NCBI GenBank assembly: GCA_037969565.1
Contig: JBBKXQ010000020.1
Span: 19,180 to 83,179 of the forward strand
From: Acidimicrobiales bacterium
GTDB lineage: Bacteria > Actinomycetota > Acidimicrobiia > Acidimicrobiales > SZUA-35
Reading direction: 5' to 3'
DNA: 64,000 bases
In this document: positions 56,717-64,000 of the stretch, in pieces
Layout of the letters: each line of letters begins with the position of its first letter
Position numbering within the stretch: the stretch's first letter is position 1
Position numbers and translations under genes: made by a program
The notes under the pieces: generated by a model
The model's input: only the letters and a program-made list of their open reading frames with translations
The model's database searches: none
Told to the model about the DNA's origin: nothing

Positions 56717-57940
56717 ACGGGGTTCCTTGGGCAGACCGAGCACCCGTTCACCAACGATGTTGCGCTGGATCTCCGCCGTGCCACCCCAGATCGTTTCCGA
56801 TCGACTGAAGAAGAACGCGGCCTGCATGCCATTCACGGGATAACTGGCCTTGCCCCGACGACGGCTCGGATTGGAGCTGTTCTCCTCGAACACCCCGTCG
56901 AGTATCTGGCTCTGCATGCCGGCGATCTCGGTCCACAATTCCATCACACCCCGGTGGTACTCCGACCAGAACATCTTGTTGCCTGCGCTGAGCGCAGCAA
57001 CGCCGAAGTCCTTCTTCTTGTTGAGGGTGGCGCTGAGGCTTCGCAAACCGTTGATTCGCATGATCTGCACCTTCGTGTGTGCGGCGGCGAGGCGCTGCCG
57101 AACGACCGGATCATCGATCTTTCCGTTCGCACGAGCTTCTTCGATGATCGCATCGAGTTCGAGTTCGAAACGGCGGTGGGAGGTGGTGGCGCTCGTGCCA
57201 CGTTCGAACCCGAGGGTGGTCATCGCCACCTTCCAACCGTTGTTCAGACCACCGACGACATTCTCCTTCGGGCACTTGGCATCACTGAAAAACACCTCGT
57301 TGAACTCACCCGAACCATCGACCTGTTCGATCGGCCGAATCTCCACACCCGGCTGATCCATGGGAACGAGGAGGTACGAGATGCCCGCGTGTTTGGCCAC
57401 CGACTGATCGGTGCGGGCCAGCAGGAAGACATAATCGGCGTTCTGAGCCTGCGTGGTCCAGACCTTCTGGCCGTTGATGTTCCACTCATCGCCGTCGAGT
57501 TCGGCCTTGCACTGAAGGGCGGCGAGATCAGACCCTGCTTCTGGTTCGGAGAAGCCCTGACACCACTTGGTTTCACCTCGGAGAATCCCAGGCAAGAACT
57601 GCTTCTTCTGCTCTTCGCTGCCCCATTGCAGGATGGTGGGGCCAACCAGAGTGTCGCCGAAGAAGTCGCCGCGCATGGGAACGCCACGCCGAGAGAACTC
57701 CTCGTTGAGGACGACCGACTGCATCGTGGTGAGACCCTTGCCGCCGTACTCACCGGGCCAGGAGGCGCAGATCCAGCCGCCGGCGAAGAGCTTCTTCGGC
57801 CACTCGACATTGAACGCCTCACGTTCTTCATCGCTCATCTCGAGCGCTTCACTCCCCCATCCTTCGGGCAGGTTTTCATCGAGCCAGCCTCGGATCTCGG
57901 AACGAAACTCTTCAGCTGCAGCTGGGTAGACCAAATCCAT
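56711..57940 (-). CDS. acyl-CoA dehydrogenase family protein
   Basis: 409 aa. ACAD N/M/C layout (WCQGFSEPEAGSDLAAL...GGTAEIQRNIV). ATG 57940; the track extension to 58084 was rejected. Confidence 0.88.
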   Translation of the reverse strand: MDLVYPAAAEEFRSEIRGWLDENLPEGWGSEALEMSDEEREAFNVEWPKKLFAGGWICASWPGEYGGKGLTTMQSVVLNEEFSRRGVPMRGDFFGDTLVGPTILQWGSEEQKKQFLPGILRGETKWCQGFSEPEAGSDLAALQCKAELDGDEWNINGQKVWTTQAQNADYVFLLARTDQSVAKHAGISYLLVPMDQPGVEIRPIEQVDGSGEFNEVFFSDAKCPKENVVGGLNNGWKVAMTTLGFERGTSATTSHRRFELELDAIIEEARANGKIDDPVVRQRLAAAHTKVQIMRINGLRSLSATLNKKKDFGVAALSAGNKMFWSEYHRGVMELWTEIAGMQSQILDGVFEENSSNPSRRRGKASYPVNGMQAAFFFSRSETIWGGTAEIQRNIVGERVLGLPKEPRP

Positions 57941-58010
57941 GTGCGCAATCTTGACCGATCGGTCAAGTTTTCGCCAAAGCGGGTTTCGGAGATCCGCTAC
58001 CTTGACGGCC

Positions 58011-58631
58011 ATGGAGGACGCACAAGCATCGAATCTCGTCGTTGGTGACGACGGAAGGGCCCGTTGTCCGTGGGGAATTTCCACCGCCGACTACCTCCGT
58101 TATCACGACACCGAATGGGGCCGCCCCACAACCGACGAGGGAATCCTGTTCGAGAAAATCTGCCTGGAGGGCTTCCAGTCGGGGCTGAGTTGGCTCACGA
58201 TCCTCCGCAAACGGGAAAACTTCCGTGCCGCATTCGCTCACTTCGAACCCTCGATCGTGGCGGCATTCGACGAGACCGACGTCGAACGCCTGCTGACCGA
58301 CGCGGGGATCATTCGCCACCGGGGCAAGATCAACGCAACGATCAACAATGCTCGAGTTCTTGCTTCGATGCACTGCAACGGCGAGACACTCAGCGAAGTC
58401 ATCTGGAATCACTGTCCACCCCTCGGACCGGCACCGCAGTCAGGCGCTGATGTACCGGCGACCACCACCGAATCAGCTGCGTTGGCCAAAGATCTGAAAC
58501 ACCGAGGGTTCCAATTCATCGGCCCCACCACGGCCTATGCCGCGATGCAGGCGATGGGACTGGTGAACGACCACATCGAGGGTTGTTGGGTGCGAACCGC
58601 CTGCCTCGACGAGCGGCCCACTCCTGAGTGA
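58011..58631 (+). CDS. tag: DNA-3-methyladenine glycosylase I
   Basis: CPWG...YHDTEWGRP...EGFQSGLSW motifs, 206 aa. Confidence 0.9.
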   Translation: MEDAQASNLVVGDDGRARCPWGISTADYLRYHDTEWGRPTTDEGILFEKICLEGFQSGLSWLTILRKRENFRAAFAHFEPSIVAAFDETDVERLLTDAGIIRHRGKINATINNARVLASMHCNGETLSEVIWNHCPPLGPAPQSGADVPATTTESAALAKDLKHRGFQFIGPTTAYAAMQAMGLVNDHIEGCWVRTACLDERPTPE

Positions 58632-58721
58632 AGTCGCCCAGCTCGATTGGCCGATCCTGGATCCTTCGAATCAAGCGATATGGGCAGAAACACTAAAGAT
58701 TTTGCCGGTTTTGACCGACGG

Positions 58722-60050
58722 ATGGACATGAACGAGTCCACAGCGCTCGCCCGCCGTCTCGCCCTCCAACTCGGCGGTGAACTCGACACGCTCCTCGGGG
58801 CGGAGCTCAGCGATTCTGCTCCCGCGGTCGAGGTTCGGGCCAGCCGCGGACTGGAGATCCGACAGATCGCCGGCCTCACGGCGGGCGCGGCCATGCCGCT
58901 GTCCGACGGCGCCTTCCAATTCGGTCAGTCGGACGCGCAGCAGCGCGGCCTGCGAGAGGGCCAACCCGACGACGTCGGATTCATCCTCACGGTGAAGGGC
59001 GACGAGGCCTGGGTCGAGTCCGGCGATGCGGAAGTCACGCTGAACGGGGAGGCGATCGATCGTCCGACCAAGGTCGGCGACGCCGTCATCGAAGTGGGTT
59101 CGGCCCGTTTCGCGGTGTTGGCTCCCCGCCGGGCAACACGGCGCAGTGGCGCCGATCGAACGAACATCGAACACGTCGAACTCCCGATTGCAGTTCCCGA
59201 CTTCACCGAGATCACGAGCAAACCCGCTTCTCGCAGTCGGCCCTCGCTGCTCGGAGCCTTCCGCAACGACACCGCCCCCGATCCTGTGGGCGAACACCTC
59301 ACCACACTCGTACGCGAGCACCGCGATCATGCACTGGCCCGGCGCCGGGCCGCGCATCCCCATCCGGAAGAAATCGTCTACCAGGCGCGTGACTCACGAT
59401 CGCACGCCTGGGAGCGCAGGAGCAACCATCCTCACTTCGCCCAGGTCGCCATCGCCTACGGAGACCTGCCCTGGCGTCCCCAGTTCGATCGACCCGACCG
59501 GATCCCCACCAGTGCGACCCAAGCGTTCCAGCATCTCTTGATCGCTCCGTCGGTTCCGATCACAGCCGACCTCCAGCGGGGCCCTCTCGGCATCATCGGC
59601 GATCGAGCCTCGGCCCTCGCGGTGGCCCGTCACGTGATCGTCGCCCTCTCCACGCTCAGCCCGCCGAACGATCTGACCGTCGCCGTCCTCGCCGACGATG
59701 ACCGCGCCACCGATTGGACCTGGGCCGATCATCTTCCCCACAACACCCCGGAGAATGACACGGCGTTTCCCGTGCTCATCGTCGACGGGCTCCATCATGT
59801 CGCCAATCCGGCTCTCGACGGTGCCCTGCTGGGTGCCGGCAATTTCGGAGCGGTGTTGCTGGGCAGCAACATCAACGAACTGCCGCCGATCTGTAGCTGC
59901 GTCCTACTCATCGATGATGGCGGGACCGCAACCGTGATCGACAATCGCGACGGCACCACGACAATGCGGACCACCCCGCTCGGCCTCACCCCCGACCTCG
60001 CAACCGTGGCCGTCAACTCGCTGAATTCATTGGCCTTCGCCGCCAGCTGA
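58722..60050 (+). CDS. hypothetical protein with an FHA-like N-terminal region and an FtsK/EccC-like but P-loop-less C-terminal region
   Basis: About 442 aa. TLNGEAIDRPTKVGDAVIEVGSARFAVL resembles an FHA C-terminal strand pattern. GPLGIIGDRASALAVARHVIVAL resembles FtsK-type domain starts without GxxGxGKS. Start uncertain (58680, 58722 or 58728). Confidence 0.5.
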   Translation: MDMNESTALARRLALQLGGELDTLLGAELSDSAPAVEVRASRGLEIRQIAGLTAGAAMPLSDGAFQFGQSDAQQRGLREGQPDDVGFILTVKGDEAWVESGDAEVTLNGEAIDRPTKVGDAVIEVGSARFAVLAPRRATRRSGADRTNIEHVELPIAVPDFTEITSKPASRSRPSLLGAFRNDTAPDPVGEHLTTLVREHRDHALARRRAAHPHPEEIVYQARDSRSHAWERRSNHPHFAQVAIAYGDLPWRPQFDRPDRIPTSATQAFQHLLIAPSVPITADLQRGPLGIIGDRASALAVARHVIVALSTLSPPNDLTVAVLADDDRATDWTWADHLPHNTPENDTAFPVLIVDGLHHVANPALDGALLGAGNFGAVLLGSNINELPPICSCVLLIDDGGTATVIDNRDGTTTMRTTPLGLTPDLATVAVNSLNSLAFAAS

Positions 60051-60071
60051 CGTTCAGGAAACGAGCACGTC

Positions 60072-61247
60072 TCAGGACTTCTTCGTCGTCGGGTTCGGTA
60101 GGCCGACGACGCTGGCCTCGGCGTTTGCCCACGCCGGCCAACGAGCTCGGCTCTTCTCGGCCAGTTTGTGCATGAGGGCAATCGCTGCGGGGTCATCGTC
60201 GCCGGGTCGTATCTCGATGACGTCGTCTTTGATCATGGCGTCGATCACGGCTCGACCGAGATCGGTGCGCACGATCGTGAGCGTCCAGTCGGTTTCGTTG
60301 CCGATTCCGCCCGTGGAGATGTCGGCGTGCTCGGCCGCGAAATCAGGGCAGAAGTTGCAGCCCTCACGCGTCCAGGCGTGGACTTCCTTGAGGTTGATCT
60401 CGTGGTAGTCGCCGTTCTTCATCCAGACCTGGAAGACGCCTTTGATGTTCATCTTGACGATCTCTTCTTTGGCCAATCCGTACTTCAGGAAGAACAGCTC
60501 GTCGAACAACGAATCATCGAAGCTCTTCGAACAGAGAAGGCCGATGTTCAATTTGATGGGTTTGCTGACCTTGCCGACCTTGCGATGCCACATGACCGGC
60601 GCAATAGAGCTCTGACAGCTCATGCCCACAAGGGCCAGGTTCTCGAGGCCACGCTCGATGGCCTCGTCATAGGCCATGGTGTTGGCCGAGTAGGTGTAAC
60701 GACTTCCGGCGCCGGCAAGAACCTCCGCCGCGTTCGTTGCGACTCCTGGCTTGGCCTTCCAACCGCCACTGCCACCCTCGAGCATGGACACCAACGCACC
60801 ATCGATGATGTTGTTCTCGAGACACCAGATGAGAATGGCCGAGACCAGACCACCGTCTTGGCCGGTTTCGTAGACCTGATCATCTTTGGCTCGGACGAGG
60901 AGAATGTCCTTGAAGACCCCACTCATCTCGTCGGGCCGGCGGGTTCGCCCGAACAGGTGCTCGTCGGCTTCGGTTTCCCACGCCCGGAATCGGGGGCAAG
61001 CCCTCGTGCACGAGGTGCAACCCTTTTCGCCGTGAATGCAGTTGTCGGGTCCGAGTTCGTCTTCCAGATGGAACGGTTTGTATTGACCGGGCTCGTGTTT
61101 GTAGCCGATCACGTCATGGGGGCAGGCGATGACGCAACCCGCACACCCGGTGCACAGACCCGAGGTGATGACCTCCGCGAAGAGCTCTTTCCACTGGTAG
61201 GTCCAGCGTTCTTTTTTCGCGGGCGGAGCAGACGCAGTGTCGGTCAT
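60072..61247 (-). CDS. FrhB/FdhB-family (coenzyme F420 hydrogenase/dehydrogenase beta-like) iron-sulfur flavoprotein
   Basis: 391 aa. N-terminal 2x[4Fe-4S] motifs CTGCAGCVIACP and CTSCTRACP, followed by FrhB-like N and C domains. Confidence 0.75.
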   Translation of the reverse strand: MTDTASAPPAKKERWTYQWKELFAEVITSGLCTGCAGCVIACPHDVIGYKHEPGQYKPFHLEDELGPDNCIHGEKGCTSCTRACPRFRAWETEADEHLFGRTRRPDEMSGVFKDILLVRAKDDQVYETGQDGGLVSAILIWCLENNIIDGALVSMLEGGSGGWKAKPGVATNAAEVLAGAGSRYTYSANTMAYDEAIERGLENLALVGMSCQSSIAPVMWHRKVGKVSKPIKLNIGLLCSKSFDDSLFDELFFLKYGLAKEEIVKMNIKGVFQVWMKNGDYHEINLKEVHAWTREGCNFCPDFAAEHADISTGGIGNETDWTLTIVRTDLGRAVIDAMIKDDVIEIRPGDDDPAAIALMHKLAEKSRARWPAWANAEASVVGLPNPTTKKS

Positions 61248-61294
61248 CTCCAGAAGGTATCCCAGGGTTGAGCACCCGGGTCAAGGTGGCGAAC

Positions 61295-61639
61295 CTAGAG
61301 GTCGCCTTCTTCAACGACGCAGGCACCGACGATGCCCAGGAGATCAGCGGGCAGCGCGGCTTCCGGATCCGCTTCCATCAGGTCGTTGATTTCGGTGAAA
61401 CGTTCGAATGACATGTTGGCGCGGGCTTCGTCGTAGACGCACTGGCAGACCCGTTGTTGTAAGAGTTCGTCGGTTTCGCCATTGGTACAGGCGGCGAAGA
61501 AGGCTTCTTCGTTGTCCACAGCAAACGTGGTCGGTGCATCGTCTCCGCACGCGGCCGCAAGAAGTACGAACCCGACGAGAAGCGTGAAGAGTTTGAAGGG
61601 CGAAACGAGATTATGGGAGACAGGATTTGATGACCGCAC
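61295..61639 (-). CDS. putative lipoprotein, Cys-containing
   Basis: Signal peptide plus lipobox LLAAAC. The mature part carries 4 further Cys. GTG start. Confidence 0.6.
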   Translation of the reverse strand: MRSSNPVSHNLVSPFKLFTLLVGFVLLAAACGDDAPTTFAVDNEEAFFAACTNGETDELLQQRVCQCVYDEARANMSFERFTEINDLMEADPEAALPADLLGIVGACVVEEGDL

Positions 61640-61675
61640 GGCGCCGACCGTAGTCGGCCGGCACGGACGACGGAA

Positions 61676-61999
61676 TCAGGTGCGTCGGCGACGGGCGTTG
61701 ATGTCGATCACGTCGGCGAGCGTCCGCCCCTCAGCCATCGATTCCTCGATTTCGTCGAAGGCCTGCTCGGCCATCACGGCCGCCGCCAGCGTGGTCCACA
61801 GATCCCGAGATGGTGCACTCTCCAGACCCGTGTCGCCGTTCATCAACCCGGCCAAGGTCGGGAGTAGGACGACCTGACCATCAATGACGGCTGGTCTGGC
61901 GTTTGTAGACGTCTCAGGTGCTCCGAACATGCATGAGGTGTCGGCATTCTCCGCTGCAAACCTGAAGCGCGGCGGACCGAATGATCCATTCGTACCCAT
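61676..61999 (-). CDS. hypothetical protein (107 aa)
   Basis: ATG start, co-directional with its neighbours. No family recognised. Confidence 0.45.
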   Translation of the reverse strand: MGTNGSFGPPRFRFAAENADTSCMFGAPETSTNARPAVIDGQVVLLPTLAGLMNGDTGLESAPSRDLWTTLAAAVMAEQAFDEIEESMAEGRTLADVIDINARRRRT

Positions 62000-62029
62000 T
62001 TGATCAAGTACCCCTTCTGACCAGGAGGA

Positions 62030-62713
62030 TCAGCGTCGGGCCAACTCCCGGGCCCGTTCGAAGACTTCGTCGAGCATGGGCTCGGTCAACCGCCCCGTGA
62101 ACGTGTTCTGCTGGCTCACGTGATAGCTGCAGAGAATGGTCCGGGCCGGACCATCGGACGCCGGAATCTCCACCTCGACTCCATGCCCGAATTTCGGACG
62201 GGGGCGAATCGAGAAGTAGCTACACAACGCCTGATAGGCAAATCCGCCGAGGGCCACGAACACCCGTCCATCGACGATCTCCAACTCGCGATCGAGGAAC
62301 GGCCGGCACGTGTCTCGTTCGACCGTGGTCGGCTTGTTCGCCGGCGGTGCGCACTTCACCGGCGAGGTGACGATTGCACCCGTGAGGGTGAGACCGTCGT
62401 CGATCGACGTGGACTCCGCCTGGTTGGCGAACCCGGCCCTGAACATGGCTCGATACAACCATTCTCCTGATCGATCGCCGGTGAACATCCGGCCGGTTCG
62501 ATTGGCGCCGTGGGCCGCAGGGGCGAGACCGACGACGATCACCCTGGCGTTGGGATCGCCGAACGCCGGCACGCCGCGGCCCCAGTAGGCATCGTTGCGG
62601 AACGACGCCCGCTTCTCGAGCGCCACCTGCTCGCGCCACTCGACCAGCCGAGGACACAAACGGCAGTTGCTCACATCCTCGGCTACGACGGCCAGTGCCC
62701 GGTGCGCGCTCAT
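62030..62713 (-). CDS. uracil-DNA glycosylase, family 5 (UdgB-like)
   Basis: GLAPAAHGANRTGRMFTGD motif. ATG 62713; the track extension to 62947 was rejected. Confidence 0.85.
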   Translation of the reverse strand: MSAHRALAVVAEDVSNCRLCPRLVEWREQVALEKRASFRNDAYWGRGVPAFGDPNARVIVVGLAPAAHGANRTGRMFTGDRSGEWLYRAMFRAGFANQAESTSIDDGLTLTGAIVTSPVKCAPPANKPTTVERDTCRPFLDRELEIVDGRVFVALGGFAYQALCSYFSIRPRPKFGHGVEVEIPASDGPARTILCSYHVSQQNTFTGRLTEPMLDEVFERARELARR

Positions 62714-62741
62714 GGCAGCACGGTAGGTAGCGTGATCGGCA

Positions 62742-63425
62742 ATGGCACCGCAGAAAAAGGCCCCCACCCGCAACTCCAAGAAGAGCGAAGGACCCAAACC
62801 CACACTCGTGCTCCTCGTCCGGCACGGCAAAACGCCCACCACGGGCAAAGTCCTGCCCGGACGTGCTCCGGGGCTGCACCTCGGCGACGAGGGGATTGCC
62901 CAGGCGAATCGCGCCGCGCAGCGCATCGCCGCGCTCGGCCCGGGCAAGGTGGCCGCGGTCTACGCGTCACCGATGGAGCGGACGAAAGAAACCGCAGCAC
63001 CCATTGCCAAGGCCACCGGACTCCGGGTTCGTACCCACAAAGATCTTGTCGAGGCCGACTTCGGACAGTGGACCGGGCGGAAGCTCACCGACCTCTACAA
63101 GCTGCCCGAATGGTCACAGGTGCAGCGCTATCCGAGCGGTTTCCGCTTTCCTGGAGGCGAGTCGTTCCCCGAGATGCAGACTCGTATGGTCGGGGCCATC
63201 CAAGACCTCGTCGCCAAGCATCCGGGTGAAACCATCGTTGCCACCTCCCACGCCGACACGATCAAGGCGGCCGTTGCCCATGCCCTGGGCACCCACCTCG
63301 ACCTCTTCCAGCGGATTGTGGTCGGCCCCTGCTCCATCACCGCCATCCTCTACACCACGGGTGGCCCCGTCGTCCTCGCCGTGAACTCGATGGGCGACGA
63401 TCTCACTTCCCTGGTCCCGAGCTGA
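62742..63425 (+). CDS. histidine phosphatase (phosphoglycerate-mutase-like) family protein
   Basis: LVRHGKT catalytic motif and SHADTIKA. Adjacent to a DUF3090 gene, as in the actinobacterial putative phosphomutase family. The start may be later (a GTG just before LLVRHG). Confidence 0.85.
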   Translation: MAPQKKAPTRNSKKSEGPKPTLVLLVRHGKTPTTGKVLPGRAPGLHLGDEGIAQANRAAQRIAALGPGKVAAVYASPMERTKETAAPIAKATGLRVRTHKDLVEADFGQWTGRKLTDLYKLPEWSQVQRYPSGFRFPGGESFPEMQTRMVGAIQDLVAKHPGETIVATSHADTIKAAVAHALGTHLDLFQRIVVGPCSITAILYTTGGPVVLAVNSMGDDLTSLVPS

Positions 63426-63439
63426 GGCCCGAGCGAACC

Positions 63440-63964
63440 ATGAGCGAATCTTTCGAATTTCGAGCGGTCACACACTTCACCGCAGGAGCCATCGGCAATC
63501 CGGGGTCCCGCGTCTTCTATCTCCAAGCCGGCGACGAGAGTCGCTACGTCACGGTGAAGCTCGAGAAGCAGCAGGTCGAAGCACTGGCCACCTTTCTCCG
63601 ATCCGTGATGGACGATCTGCCATCACCCACGGAGAAGGCAGCGGAGTCGCTTCCGATCATCGAACCGGCCCTCCCGGAATGGGTCGTCGGCCAGATCGCG
63701 GTCGGGATCGACGAGGCCGAGGCCGAGGTCGTTCTCGTCGTCGAAGAACTCGTGATCGATGACGACGATGATGATGATCAGGACGACGACCTCTTCCTGA
63801 CCGAGGTGAGCGACACGGCCAAGCTCCGGGTTCACCTGTCGGTGGATCAAGCAGCAGCCTTCATTGTCACCTCCGAAGCCTTGATGGAGAAAGGCCGGCC
63901 GCCTTGCCGATTGTGTGGCCAACCCGAAGATCCCGGTGGCCACGCCTGTCCCCGCCTGAATTGA
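63440..63964 (+). CDS. DUF3090-family conserved actinobacterial protein
   Basis: 174 aa. FTAGAIGNPGSRVFYLQA start, poly-Asp linker and C-terminal CRLCGQP...GHACPRLN motif. Confidence 0.8.
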   Translation: MSESFEFRAVTHFTAGAIGNPGSRVFYLQAGDESRYVTVKLEKQQVEALATFLRSVMDDLPSPTEKAAESLPIIEPALPEWVVGQIAVGIDEAEAEVVLVVEELVIDDDDDDDQDDDLFLTEVSDTAKLRVHLSVDQAAAFIVTSEALMEKGRPPCRLCGQPEDPGGHACPRLN

Positions 63965-64000
63965 TCTCGGCGTGTGCGCGATGACGAAGGACGACGACTC

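Noticed and set aside
63981-64000. ATG 63981 may begin the next gene after DUF3090.
   Set aside because: Only 20 nt lie in the window, too short to support a call.

Overview
High-GC (about 65%) Actinomycetota-type chromosomal segment that is densely coding and mostly core metabolism. No transposase, integrase, phage, CRISPR or recognisable defence genes were seen.

Gene order on the minus strand reproduces the classic actinobacterial block: argS-lysA-hom-thrC-(no thrB)-rho-rpmE-prfA-prmC ... wecA-atpI-atpB-atpE-atpF. An rpiB-glyA pair and a small cNMP-binding protein are inserted in it.

The rest of the window contains:
- a nine-gene, translationally coupled PTS operon (19.1-28.7 kb);
- a 1840-aa single-chain biotin carboxylase-BCCP-carboxyltransferase;
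- SDR and LLM oxidoreductases;
- an eight-gene plus-strand operon of unclear pathway (cNMP-binding protein, TPP enzyme, methyltransferase-like protein, thiolase, FAH, methyltransferase, small ORF, epimerase);
- tRNA-Arg(CCG);
- a convergent sulfate-assimilation locus (cysD-cysN-cysC versus sir-cysH-sirC-cobA);
- an LCP protein, an acyl-CoA dehydrogenase, tag, an FrhB-like Fe-S protein and a family-5 UDG;
- the phosphomutase/DUF3090 pair.

The most interesting leads:
1. The syntenic Rho homologue keeps its fold but has substitutions at every ATPase catalytic motif I can recall.
2. An AhpD/CMD-family gene has a single in-frame TGA exactly at the second Cys of its CxxC motif, followed by a SECIS-like GGUC hairpin. 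It is a candidate selenoprotein.
3. The mannitol-type PTS operon carries FruK and an oversized MDR dehydrogenase instead of MtlD.
4. A 41-bp duplication of the cysD/cysN junction creates a doubly coupled bridging ORF.
5. Perfect 14-15-bp tandem repeats recur at several unrelated loci.

Start codons were chosen by eye (homology, SD-like sequences, 4-nt overlaps) and may be off by a few codons. All family assignments come from remembered motifs, not from searches.
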